The position numbers and the translations under genes were made by a program. The notes under the pieces were generated by a model. That model did no database searches. It was not told the DNA's origin and saw only the letters and a list, made by a program, of their open reading frames with translations. 64,000 bases of DNA from an uncultured Gammaproteobacteria bacterium (GTDB lineage: Bacteria; Patescibacteriota; Patescibacteriia; Patescibacteriales; UBA12465), in the NCBI GenBank assembly GCA_964648205.1, contig CAZYNT010000003.1:5357-69356 (forward strand), given 5' to 3'. Every line of letters begins with the position of its first letter. Positions within the stretch are counted from its first letter, which is position 1. Positions 45,494 to 55,005 of this stretch are shown piece after piece.

Positions 45494-46459
45494 ATGAAAC
45501 TACTTGTTACCGGCGGCGCCGGCTTTATCGGTTCTAATTTTATCCACTACTGGCTCAAAAATTATCCGGAGGATGAGATTGTTAATCTGGATGTTTTGAC
45601 CTACGCTGGCAATTTAGATAATTTACGTGATGTTGAAAATAATCCTCAGTATAAATTTATTCAGGGCGATATTTGCGATGCTGATTTAGTGAATAAGATT
45701 GTTGTGGGAATTGATTTGATTGTCCATTTTGCGGCCGAGAGCCACGTTGACCGTTCGATTAAAAATAGCGCTGATTTCATTAAAACCAATGTCGAGGGAA
45801 CGCGCATTCTTCTTGAAGCCGCCAAAAATAATGGCAATATCCGCTTTCATCATATTTCGACCGACGAAGTTTTCGGCTCGCTTGCTTTGGACGCGCCTAA
45901 GTTTAACGAAAAAACCCCATACGATCCGCGTTCTCCCTATAGCGCTTCGAAGGCCGCTTCCGACCATTTAGTGCGCGCTTATTTCCATATCCATAAGCTG
46001 CCGATAACTATTTCTAATTGTTCAAATAATTACGGCCCCTATCAATATCCGGAAAAACTCATTCCTTTATTCATCACGAATTTAATCGAAGGGAAGAAAG
46101 TCCCGGTTTATGGCAACGGTAAAAATATCCGCGATTGGATTCATGTCGACGACCATAATCGCGGCCTCGATTTTATTATTAAAAAAGGCAGAATCGGCGA
46201 AACTTATTGCTTGGGCGGTAATAGTGAAAAGGGAAATTTAGAAATAACCGAGTTGATTCTCAAAGCCATGGGGCAGGGGGAAGAAATGATCGAGTATGTC
46301 CCCGACCGCCTCGGCCACGATTTGCGCTATGCGATTGATTTTTCCAAAGCTAGAACAGAGCTTGGCTGGCAGCCGCAAATAGACTTTACGGCGGGACTGG
46401 AAGAGACAATTAATTGGTATAAAAATAATTCTGCCTGGTGGCAAAAATTGAAAAAATAA
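45494..46459 (+). CDS. rfbB: dTDP-glucose 4,6-dehydratase
   Basis: LVTGGAGFIGSNF, NLDVLTYAGN, HFAAESHVDRSI, STDEVFG, YSASKAASDHLV, NCSNNYGPYQ. Confidence 0.9.
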   Translation: MKLLVTGGAGFIGSNFIHYWLKNYPEDEIVNLDVLTYAGNLDNLRDVENNPQYKFIQGDICDADLVNKIVVGIDLIVHFAAESHVDRSIKNSADFIKTNVEGTRILLEAAKNNGNIRFHHISTDEVFGSLALDAPKFNEKTPYDPRSPYSASKAASDHLVRAYFHIHKLPITISNCSNNYGPYQYPEKLIPLFITNLIEGKKVPVYGNGKNIRDWIHVDDHNRGLDFIIKKGRIGETYCLGGNSEKGNLEITELILKAMGQGEEMIEYVPDRLGHDLRYAIDFSKARTELGWQPQIDFTAGLEETINWYKNNSAWWQKLKK

Positions 46460-46463
46460 ATTT

Positions 46464-46889
46464 ATGGGCAACAAAAAAATCTTTATTATCGAGGATGACG
46501 CTAACATTCTCTACGGTCTAGAAGCACAATTTACGGCCGCTGACCTTGAGGTCGAGGTTAGCGAGGCGGACGAGGAAATTGAAGAATTGATGGCTAAAAT
46601 CAGGGACTTCGACCCCCAATATATTATTTTAGATTTGATTTTGCCGAAAGTCGACGGCTTCGAAGTGATAAAAAGAATTAAAAGCGATGAGGAGCTCGCC
46701 GAGAAAGAGATATTTATCTTTACCGATTTGAGCGACGAGGACAGCCGCAGCCGCTCGCTTGAACTCGGCGCGGATTATTTTTTCTTTAAAGAAGAATTCG
46801 ATACCTTTGAATTCGCCGAGAAGGTAAAAAAGATCGTCGCCAATAAGGATAAAGAGAACGATGAGGACGATCGCGATTACGAAGAGTAA
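46464..46889 (+). CDS. Stand-alone response-regulator receiver domain (CheY-like) with acidic tail
   Basis: The EDD acidic pocket, phospho-acceptor Asp (IILDLILP), conserved Thr (IFIFTD) and Lys (FFFKE) are all present. There is no output domain. Confidence 0.75.
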   Translation: MGNKKIFIIEDDANILYGLEAQFTAADLEVEVSEADEEIEELMAKIRDFDPQYIILDLILPKVDGFEVIKRIKSDEELAEKEIFIFTDLSDEDSRSRSLELGADYFFFKEEFDTFEFAEKVKKIVANKDKENDEDDRDYEE

Positions 46890-46899
46890 AGTCGATAAT

Positions 46900-46928
46900 T
46901 TGACTAAAACATCAAAAAATACTAAGAT
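46900..46928 (+). promoter_or_regulatory. Sigma70-like promoter of the second mreB
   Basis: TTGACT at 46900-46905, a 17-bp spacer, then TAAGAT at 46923-46928. It lies 21 nt upstream of the ATG at 46950. Confidence 0.4.
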
Positions 46929-46949
46929 GAATTAGTTAGAATTTTTATT

Positions 46950-47957
46950 ATGTTTATCAAAAGAATCGGGATTGATCTCGGTACAACCTATACTCTTGTC
47001 CATTTGCCGAAACGCGGGATTGTTATTAATGAACCCAGCGTCGTCGCTGTTTCTATAGCCGATAAAAAAATTTTAGCGGTTGGCAACGAGGCTAAGGACA
47101 TGATCGGCCGCACGCCCGATACTATTTTGGCCGTTCGTCCCTTGAAGGATGGCGTAATCGCCGACTATAAAGCGACTGAAGCGATGATTCGCTACTTTAT
47201 CAATAAAACTTTGGGTGGAATCCGCTTGTTCCGTCCGGAAGTCATGGTGGCTGTGCCGGCCGGCATTTCTTCGACGGAACGCCGCGCTGTTATCGAAGCG
47301 ACGATAGCCGCCGGCGCCAAAGCCGCTTATATCATCAAAGAACCGGTCGCCGCGGCGATCGGCGCCGATATTCCGATTGGTTCCGCGACCGGCCATATGA
47401 TTGTTGATGTCGGCGGCGGCACGGCGGAAATGGCGGTTATTTCTCTGGGCGGCATCGTTGCCTCAACTTCCGTCCGCGTGGGCGGCAATAAATTCGACGC
47501 GGCCATCCTTGAATATATCCGTAAAAAATATAATTTGGCAATCGGCGAAAGGACGGCGGAAGAAATAAAAATAAATATCGGTTCGGCTCTTTATATGGAA
47601 GACAAATTGCATATGGAAATAAGAGGGCGCGATATTGTCACCGGCTTGCCGCGCAGCATCACCGTCTCAAGCGATGATGTGACGGAAGCTATTCAAAACG
47701 AACTTGAAGCGATTATTTCGGCGGCCAAGAAAGTCTTGCAGAAAACTCCGCCCGAATTAGCGGCCGATATTATGGATAAAGGGATAGTTCTAACCGGCGG
47801 GAGCTCGCTTTTGCGCAACATAGACCAGCTAATCTCCCGGACGACCGGTGTACCGGCTTATGTCGCCGACGACGCAATGCTCTGCGTCGCCAAGGGGACA
47901 GGCATTGCTTTAGATAACCTGGATTCATATAAACGCAGTATTTTAGCGACTAAGTAA
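46950..47957 (+). CDS. mreB: Second MreB/Mbl-type actin homolog
   Basis: [37 protein letters not shown]. By eye it is about half identical to the copy at 40788-41828. Confidence 0.9.
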   Translation: MFIKRIGIDLGTTYTLVHLPKRGIVINEPSVVAVSIADKKILAVGNEAKDMIGRTPDTILAVRPLKDGVIADYKATEAMIRYFINKTLGGIRLFRPEVMVAVPAGISSTERRAVIEATIAAGAKAAYIIKEPVAAAIGADIPIGSATGHMIVDVGGGTAEMAVISLGGIVASTSVRVGGNKFDAAILEYIRKKYNLAIGERTAEEIKINIGSALYMEDKLHMEIRGRDIVTGLPRSITVSSDDVTEAIQNELEAIISAAKKVLQKTPPELAADIMDKGIVLTGGSSLLRNIDQLISRTTGVPAYVADDAMLCVAKGTGIALDNLDSYKRSILATK

Positions 47958-47992
47958 TTAAATTCCCGGGCAACCCCCTGGAATTTATTTTT

Positions 47993-49216
47993 ATGATTAT
48001 CGGCATTGATGCCTCGCGCGCCAATAGAGAACGCAAAACCGGTACGGAATGGTACTCATTTTATCTTATTCAAAATTTAGCTGTTATCGACAAGATTAAT
48101 ACCTATTGGCTGTATTTGGATAATCCGCCGATTGCTGAACTTAAGGCGGCGATCAGAAATAATCATAATTTTCATTTTAAGTATTTAAATTGGCCCCTAT
48201 ATTCTTTTTGGACTCTGGGCCGTCTTTCGCTGGAAATGCTCTGGCGCCGGCCGGATGTTCTCTTTGTGCCCGCCCATACTTTGCCTCTTTTCAGCCCGCG
48301 GAAAACAATCAATACTATCCATGATATTGCTTTCGTGCGCGAACAGAATCTTTATTTTTCCGAAAGAGCAAAAACTAAGATAGTTGGTTCGCGCCGCTTG
48401 ATTAATTTCGCGGTCAAGTTGGCGACTCTTGGAAAATACCGTTCCAACTCAGTCGATTATCTTTATTGGTCGACCGCTTTTGCTCTCCATCACGCTAAAA
48501 AAATCATTACCGTTTCAGAATTTACGAAACAGGAAATTCTCAGCTTATATCCAAAAACAAAGAAGCAAAAAATTTCCGTCGTCCATAATGGCTATGATAA
48601 TGAAATTTTCCGCCCCCTTAATGATCCCCTTAATGATCTTGAGAAAACTTCCGCTATTTTAGAAAAATATGGTATCACGAAGCCGTTTTTTCTTTATGTC
48701 GGGCGCCTGGAAAAGAAAAAAAACACTCCGGCGCTTATTGAAGCTCTGTCTCTGGTACGCGAGAATAATCCGGAAATCAAGGAGAAACTGGTTTTAATCG
48801 GCAACGCCAGTTTTGGTTTTGACGAAGTAAAATATGTCATCGAGGAATTCAATCTAAATAATGATGTTTATATGCCCGGCTGGGTCAGCGAAGATGACTT
48901 GCCTTATATTTATAACGCCGCGAGCGCTTTTGTTTTTCCGACTAAGCATGAAGGATTCGGTATTCCGATTCTGGAATCTTTGGCCTGCGGCTTGCCGACA
49001 ATCGCTTCCGACTTGCCGGTTTTGCGGGAAATTGCCGGAGAAGCCGTTCTGTATTTTAATCAAAATGATAAGCATGATATTGCTAGGGCCATGGCCAGGA
49101 TTATAAAAGATGAAAATTTGCGCCGGACTCTTATAAATAAAGGAATCGAACAAAGCCATAAATTCAGCTGGCGCCAATGCGCCGAAAAAACACTAAAAGA
49201 GATTGAAAGCCTCTAG
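47993..49216 (+). CDS. Glycosyltransferase family 4
   Basis: FLYVGRLEKKKN...FVFPTKHEGFGIPILESLACGLP is the GT4 EX7E region. Confidence 0.8.
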   Translation: MIIGIDASRANRERKTGTEWYSFYLIQNLAVIDKINTYWLYLDNPPIAELKAAIRNNHNFHFKYLNWPLYSFWTLGRLSLEMLWRRPDVLFVPAHTLPLFSPRKTINTIHDIAFVREQNLYFSERAKTKIVGSRRLINFAVKLATLGKYRSNSVDYLYWSTAFALHHAKKIITVSEFTKQEILSLYPKTKKQKISVVHNGYDNEIFRPLNDPLNDLEKTSAILEKYGITKPFFLYVGRLEKKKNTPALIEALSLVRENNPEIKEKLVLIGNASFGFDEVKYVIEEFNLNNDVYMPGWVSEDDLPYIYNAASAFVFPTKHEGFGIPILESLACGLPTIASDLPVLREIAGEAVLYFNQNDKHDIARAMARIIKDENLRRTLINKGIEQSHKFSWRQCAEKTLKEIESL

Positions 49217-49275
49217 AAAAGCTAGAAAAGGCGATTGTAAAAAAAACAGAAGATATGTTATCATAAGGATGCTAT

Positions 49276-51303
49276 ATGAAGAAATTAATAACATCTTTTT
49301 TTATACTTTTTTTCGTCTTCGCCGAGCCTGTTTTGGCTAGCATTACGCCTAATGATCCTTATTACAAGAATCAATGGTATCTGGCCAAAATCCGCGCCGA
49401 TGGCGCTTGGGAAAAGATTTCAGAAAGTCCGGATATGGTTATTGCCGTTATTGATTCCGGCGTTGACATAAAACACCCTGATTTACAGGATAATATTTGG
49501 CGCAATGGGAAAGAAATCGCGGCTAATAATAAGGACGATGATAAGAACGGTTTTATTGACGACGTAAACGGTTGGGATTTTGTCTCCAATGGTTCTGATC
49601 CTTCCCCTAAATTTTTTAGCGGTTGGACCGAGGCCGGCGTCAGCCACGGGACAATGGTCGCCGGGATTATTGCCGCTCGCGGCAATAATAACCGCGGCGT
49701 GACCGGAGTTACTTGGCGTACGAAAATTATGCCTTTGCGCGTCTTGAATGATAAAGGAGAAGGGAAAATCAGCGACGTTATCCGCGCCATTGATTATGCG
49801 ACTCGCAACGGCGCCAATATAATCAATTTAAGTTTTGTTAATTTTAATTATAGCGAAGCGATGCAGGGAGCGATTAAGCGCGCCCACAGCGCCGGTGTTA
49901 TGGTCGTGGCCGCGGCCGGAAACGAACAAGCGGCCGGGGAAGGTTATAACATTGACAAGACTCAGATTTATCCGGCCTGCTACGACGGGCAATTGGGTGA
50001 AAATATGGTGATTGGCGTCGTAGCGACCGATGCTCTTGATCAGAAAGCGCGTTTTTCCAGCTATGGCTTCCATTGCGTCGATATCGCCGCCCCGGGAATC
50101 AGTTTTTTTAACACAGTCACCCCCGGTAGCGATGTAAATGATCAGAATAAATACTATGATGGTTTTTGGTCCGGAACTTCAATGGCCACCCCGCTTGTCT
50201 CCGCTTCTTTGGCACTGATTTCTCAGGCCAACCCCGAGCTGAGCCGCCGGGAAATTGTTAATATTTTATTCGCCTCGACTGATAATATCAGCCGCTTGAA
50301 TCCAAACTACTTGGGGCAATTAGGCAACGGCCGCTTAAATTTAGACAAGGCGATTGAAATGGCCAAGTCCCATTTATATAGCCGCTTGGGTCGCTTGCTC
50401 CTTATTCCGGCAACGGGGCAAAAGGAAACTAAGCTGACCGCCGCCAACGGAGATTTGGTAGCGAAAATTTCTTGGAGCGAAAAGTTCGGCTCTAGTGCCA
50501 GCCTGGCAACCGGCGATATAAACGGCGACGATGTTGACGAAATAATTGTCGGCGCCGCCCCGGGCTCGGAGCCTCTGGTTATGATTTTCAACAACAAGGG
50601 AAAACTTCTAAAAAAGTTTTTGGCTTATGAAAAGAATTTCCGCGGGGGCGTTAATTTGGCGGTCGCTAAACTTGATAATAACGATCAGGCGGAAATAGTT
50701 ACCGTGCCGGCTTCGCGCGGCGCCGGCCAGGTGCGCATCTTTAATGAAAGCGGAAAATTACAGAAACAGTTTTTCGTGACGCAAAATAATTTAGCCGGCG
50801 GTTTAAACATCGCTATCGGCGACCTTGAAGGAAATGGAGAAAATAAAATTGTTATTTCTTCGGGCAGCGGCCAGGAGCCGCAAGTCAGAATTTTCAAACG
50901 AGACGGGAAGCTGATTGGCGCCTTTTTAGCTTATGAAAAGAATTTTCGCGGGGGCGTTAAAGTGGCCGTCGCCAACGTTAACGGTCGCAAAGACCGTAAT
51001 AAAGCAGAAATCATTCTTGTTCCCGGAAAAGGCCGGGAGCCGCAGGTAAAAATATTTGATAATTACGGCAAGCTCCAAACGCAATTTTTAGCTTATAATA
51101 AAAATTGGCAGGGGGGAATTAATTTGGCGGTCGGCGATTTGAATAATGACGGTTTGGGCGAAATTGCTTTAGGCGCGAATGCTGGCGCTACGCCGCATGT
51201 CCGTATTTTTAATAACGCCGGAGTGCTTTTGGAATCATTTTATGCCTGGGAGCAGGACTTTAATGGCGGCGTTAATCTTGATATAATAAAGATGAATAAT
51301 TAA
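49276..51303 (+). CDS. Secreted subtilisin-like (S8) serine protease fused to C-terminal FG-GAP/VCBS-like repeats
   Basis: Signal peptide. The catalytic triad contexts are VIDSGVD, HGTMVAGII and GTSMATPLVS. The C-terminus has about five repeats of ~55 aa (GD.N.D...EI......G..P.V.IF...GKL...F.AYEKNFRGGV). Confidence 0.85.
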   Translation: MKKLITSFFILFFVFAEPVLASITPNDPYYKNQWYLAKIRADGAWEKISESPDMVIAVIDSGVDIKHPDLQDNIWRNGKEIAANNKDDDKNGFIDDVNGWDFVSNGSDPSPKFFSGWTEAGVSHGTMVAGIIAARGNNNRGVTGVTWRTKIMPLRVLNDKGEGKISDVIRAIDYATRNGANIINLSFVNFNYSEAMQGAIKRAHSAGVMVVAAAGNEQAAGEGYNIDKTQIYPACYDGQLGENMVIGVVATDALDQKARFSSYGFHCVDIAAPGISFFNTVTPGSDVNDQNKYYDGFWSGTSMATPLVSASLALISQANPELSRREIVNILFASTDNISRLNPNYLGQLGNGRLNLDKAIEMAKSHLYSRLGRLLLIPATGQKETKLTAANGDLVAKISWSEKFGSSASLATGDINGDDVDEIIVGAAPGSEPLVMIFNNKGKLLKKFLAYEKNFRGGVNLAVAKLDNNDQAEIVTVPASRGAGQVRIFNESGKLQKQFFVTQNNLAGGLNIAIGDLEGNGENKIVISSGSGQEPQVRIFKRDGKLIGAFLAYEKNFRGGVKVAVANVNGRKDRNKAEIILVPGKGREPQVKIFDNYGKLQTQFLAYNKNWQGGINLAVGDLNNDGLGEIALGANAGATPHVRIFNNAGVLLESFYAWEQDFNGGVNLDIIKMNN

Positions 51304-51327
51304 TCCGCCGTTAGGCGGGATAAACAT

Positions 51328-52347
51328 ATGCCTAAACAAGTTATTTTCGATAAAAAAAATGTTTTGGTCGCCGGCGGCGCCGGTTTTATCGGTTCTCATC
51401 TTTGCGATGAACTGGTTAAAACTTGCAAAGTCATCTGCGTGGATAATTTTATTTCCGGGAGCGAGCGCAACATCGACCATTTGCTGGCTAATCCTGATTT
51501 CGTGTTTATCAACCACGATATAAGCAAGCCGCTTGATTTAGACGGCCAGGCTGACTTGAAAAAGTTCAAAGTCGAATTTCAGGGAATCCAAGAGATTTAT
51601 AATTTGGCCTGTCCCATGTCGCCGCGCCGTTTTTTGACAAATCGCCTGGCAAATTTATTGGCTAATTCTTATGCCGTTAAAAATTTATTGGATTTAACTG
51701 TTAAATATAACGCTAAATTTTTGCAGTTTTCTTCTTCGGTCGTTTACGGCCCGCGCAGCCTGGATAATCCGGAGCAGAAAGTGTCAGAAAATGATTTGGG
51801 GCGGGTGGATCATCTTTCGGAGAGGAGTTCTTATGATGAAGGCAAACGCTTCGCCGAAACGATGGTTGTAAATTACCGCGCTTTATATAATATCGACGCC
51901 AAGATAATCCGTCTTTTTAGAATTTACGGCCCGCGCATGGAGCAGAACGACGATCAAATGATCCCTGATTTTATCAATAACGCTTTGGAGAACAAAGAAA
52001 TTGTTATTCCGGGAGATGAAACGTTTTCTTCATCTTTCTGCTATATCGACGATGCTCTTGATGCGGTTGCTAAAATTATGGCGACCGATGTCGCCGGTCC
52101 GCTCAATATCGGTTCTGATGTTAATATCAAGCTGACAACCCTGGTCGATATGATCAAAGCTGAAACCAATTCGGAGTCTGTCGTCAGGCATGAGGCCAGC
52201 CCCCTATTTATTTCGGAATTAGTTTTGCCGGATATACGCCAGGCAAAAAATAATTTAAATTGGATGCCGGTCGTGACTCTTACCAACGGATTAAAAAAAA
52301 CAATCTTCGACATCCAGGCGAACAAGAGATTACATGGATTAAAATAA
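51328..52347 (+). CDS. UDP-glucuronate decarboxylase-like (UXS-type) extended SDR
   Basis: VAGGAGFIGSHLCDEL, VDNFISGSERNIDHL, YDEGKRFAETM. Confidence 0.7.
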   Translation: MPKQVIFDKKNVLVAGGAGFIGSHLCDELVKTCKVICVDNFISGSERNIDHLLANPDFVFINHDISKPLDLDGQADLKKFKVEFQGIQEIYNLACPMSPRRFLTNRLANLLANSYAVKNLLDLTVKYNAKFLQFSSSVVYGPRSLDNPEQKVSENDLGRVDHLSERSSYDEGKRFAETMVVNYRALYNIDAKIIRLFRIYGPRMEQNDDQMIPDFINNALENKEIVIPGDETFSSSFCYIDDALDAVAKIMATDVAGPLNIGSDVNIKLTTLVDMIKAETNSESVVRHEASPLFISELVLPDIRQAKNNLNWMPVVTLTNGLKKTIFDIQANKRLHGLK

Positions 52348-52370
52348 CCTTTTTCTATTATTTATTTTTT

Positions 52371-52396
52371 AAAAAAGCCAACTTTGTTGGCTTTTA
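52371..52396. terminator. Bidirectional hairpin terminator between convergent genes
   Basis: AAAAAAGCCAAC-TTT-GTTGGCTTTT. The stem is flanked by an A-run and a T-run. Confidence 0.6.
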
Positions 52397-52448
52397 TGTT
52401 AGATATTAAATTTTTTAGCGGATCGCCCTATCTCTATTGTAAATAAAC

Positions 52449-53528
52449 TCAGTTTATACCAAGAATTTTATTCTTTAAATCTTCCAAATCCCCCGGCCTA
52501 AACAGCTTATCATAATCATTAACAGTTTCCGGAATGCCGCCGATGTTAGCGGCCAGGACTTTTAAGCCGGTAGCATGAGCCTCATAAATCGTCATCGGCG
52601 AATTTTCATAGCATAAAGAGGGGACAATCAAAAAGTCGTTTTCCGCCATAATTTCTTTTACCTGATCGCTGGACAGTCTTCCCCGGAATTCAATTTGCTT
52701 GCTCTCTCCGGCCATATTTCGAGCAGCGCTTAGAAGGGAGCCGTCGCCGATAACAGTTAATTTAATATCAGGCCTTATTTTCAGGGCGCTTTGGAAAGAT
52801 TTTAAAAGAAACATAATTCCTTTATGTTCTTCAATTTGGCCGACAAAAAGGAAATTTTTTGCCGCTTGATTGCGATTTATAGCCGCCGCGCTTTTAAGCG
52901 TTGTCAGATTTTTAATTTCGGTTTGAGAATCCTTAAAGAAACCGCGCTGGCGATGCTGCTCAAGTAGCCAGAAGGAGGGTGAAATAACTTTAGCCGGCGA
53001 ACCTAGAAAATCACGGGTAAAGAGTTGATAAATTCTAGCGCTTAAGCCATCGATGACGCTTTCTTTTCCCAGCATCATCAGTCCCGTGGGATAAAGCAAT
53101 TGGATGTCGTGCAAATAATGCTCATGGCGGATTTTGAGCTTTTTAATCACTAAGGGTAGAAGAAAGCCCAGCCCCATGAGATTATGAGTAATAACCAATT
53201 CCGGTTTTTCTTTTATTAGAATTTTTTTAATCGCCGCCGCCTTGCGCCAGGAAAAAATATTGGCGAAGTGCCAGAAAACTTTTATATATGAAGGCAGCTT
53301 GGCCAGATTATAATAATAAGAAGGGAAGTAATATATCCGCAATTCCTCATTAAATTTTTCATTGTCGGACGCTTTTTCTTTGCGCGCGGGCTGAGGCTTC
53401 GGTTTGGTCGTAATCAGAAAAACATCATGGCCCTGCGCTTTTAAATCGGCGGCCATTTGCCTGACAACTGTTTCCGCGCCGCCGCGGTTATACGGACAAT
53501 AAAGATTGTTCGCGAGAGCGATTTTCAT
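52449..53528 (-). CDS. Glycosyltransferase family 4
   Basis: MKIALANNLYCPYNRGGAE...LFVGQIEEHKG...IVPSLCYENSPMTIYEAHATGL. Confidence 0.8.
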   Translation of the reverse strand: MKIALANNLYCPYNRGGAETVVRQMAADLKAQGHDVFLITTKPKPQPARKEKASDNEKFNEELRIYYFPSYYYNLAKLPSYIKVFWHFANIFSWRKAAAIKKILIKEKPELVITHNLMGLGFLLPLVIKKLKIRHEHYLHDIQLLYPTGLMMLGKESVIDGLSARIYQLFTRDFLGSPAKVISPSFWLLEQHRQRGFFKDSQTEIKNLTTLKSAAAINRNQAAKNFLFVGQIEEHKGIMFLLKSFQSALKIRPDIKLTVIGDGSLLSAARNMAGESKQIEFRGRLSSDQVKEIMAENDFLIVPSLCYENSPMTIYEAHATGLKVLAANIGGIPETVNDYDKLFRPGDLEDLKNKILGIN

Positions 53529-53540
53529 TTTAATTAAATA

Positions 53541-54668
53541 TTAATTAAATAAAATTTCTAAACAACTTTTCATTTTATTTTTATCGTATTTGGTCTTAGC
53601 TAAGCGCCTGGCAGATAGCGCCATGATGCGCCTCATTTCTTCGTTGTTGAAAATAAATTCTAATTTGTTCTTTAAGTCTATTTTATCGCCCGGCTCAATT
53701 AACAGACCCTGCTCATGATCGCTAAATACTCGGCGAACGCCGGGCAAATTTGAGGCAATGACCGGAACGCCGCAAGCCAGCGCTTCGATTAAAACTAGCC
53801 CGAAAGCCTCATTGCTATTGATCGAGGGAAGGATGAATAAGTCGGCATTTTGAAAAGCGCGAACCAGTTCTGTATCGCTCAACTTGCCAGTGAATTCGAT
53901 TTGTTTTCTTATATTTAAACGGTCGCTCAAATTTTCGTAATACGGGCGCAAATCGCCTTCGCCGACAATCTTCAGACGCCAATTGCGGTGCGTGACGATA
54001 ACCAGGGAATTCAGCAGGACACCAACTCCTTTGAAGTAGTGGGCTTGATCCAGCCCGCCGACGAACAATAAATTTAAACGGTCGCGTTTAATAAATTTAT
54101 CATTGACATAATGGACTATCTCTTGGGCGCGGGCGATAATTTTATTATCCAGCGGGCGATTCAATAATTTCGGTTGGAATTTTTCTAAATCGATTCCAAA
54201 GGGAATTTCCCGGAATTTACTCTTGTGGGCTTCGTAATAATTTTTGATTTGGCTGGATTTAATATAATCTAAACTGGCCGTGACGATAGTTTCTGCTTGG
54301 TTAAGCAGGGAGCGGCGGACAAGGCGGCTTGGCAAGCTTAAAAACCGAGCCAGCGGGCTGAGACCGCGCACATCCATATGATAGTGGATTATTAATTTAG
54401 GCCGCCGGAAAAATAGTTTGAAGAACCAGACGACTTCTGCGGTTCCGAAAAAAGGGTAATGGAGATAAATATAATCAAATTTGTTCAAGCGCCAGAAGAG
54501 CTGCGGCAAAAAAGCGCCATGGCCCAAGCGCAGCCATGGTTTAAGGGTCGAAGGAGTAAAAGTCGTTATCTCGTGTTTGCCTTCGAGCAATTTATTTATT
54601 TCGTAGGCGCTGTTGCCGATGCCGCCGGCATAAGGCGGGAAGGCGCAGACAATCGAGGCGATTTTCAT
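53541..54668 (-). CDS. Glycosyltransferase family 4
   Basis: LLFVGGLDQAHYFKG...ILPSINSNEAFGLVLIEALACGVPVIAS. Confidence 0.8.
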   Translation of the reverse strand: MKIASIVCAFPPYAGGIGNSAYEINKLLEGKHEITTFTPSTLKPWLRLGHGAFLPQLFWRLNKFDYIYLHYPFFGTAEVVWFFKLFFRRPKLIIHYHMDVRGLSPLARFLSLPSRLVRRSLLNQAETIVTASLDYIKSSQIKNYYEAHKSKFREIPFGIDLEKFQPKLLNRPLDNKIIARAQEIVHYVNDKFIKRDRLNLLFVGGLDQAHYFKGVGVLLNSLVIVTHRNWRLKIVGEGDLRPYYENLSDRLNIRKQIEFTGKLSDTELVRAFQNADLFILPSINSNEAFGLVLIEALACGVPVIASNLPGVRRVFSDHEQGLLIEPGDKIDLKNKLEFIFNNEEMRRIMALSARRLAKTKYDKNKMKSCLEILFN

Positions 54669-54683
54669 AGTTAAATAGAGGCG

Positions 54684-55004
54684 CTATTTTTTTAAAGTCA
54701 GAGCCTGGTTAAGGGTGCTGATATTTTTTTCCATCTTGGCGATTATAAGTCGCATCCGGAAAACTTGGTAAATCAAAGCGAGAACCGCTAGATAAACTAA
54801 GATGTTAATCGCCGATCCGGAAAAACCTAGCCAAGCCACAAGCAGGTCGATTTGTTTTATAAATATGACCGCACCAAGAGCGAACAGCCAGAAAATCAGC
54901 CAGAGAAGGAATTCGTTCCCGTTAATTTGTTTTTTCTTCCTTTGCCCGAAGAGGCGGAGAAGGAAGAAAGCGATAATGATTAAAGCGAGAATTTGTTGGA
55001 GCAT
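54684..55004 (-). CDS. DUF2304-like small membrane protein
   Basis: 106 aa with three TM helices. It lies immediately downstream of a GT2 gene (1-nt gap), which is the arrangement I recall as typical for DUF2304. Confidence 0.55.
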   Translation of the reverse strand: MLQQILALIIIAFFLLRLFGQRKKKQINGNEFLLWLIFWLFALGAVIFIKQIDLLVAWLGFSGSAINILVYLAVLALIYQVFRMRLIIAKMEKNISTLNQALTLKK

Positions 55005-55005
55005 A

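Noticed and set aside
49213-49230. A 9-bp tandem duplication, CTAGAAAAG CTAGAAAAG, spanning the stop codon of the GT4 gene.
   Set aside because: A single short duplication of AT-rich sequence is most simply explained as a slippage scar. There is no evidence of function.
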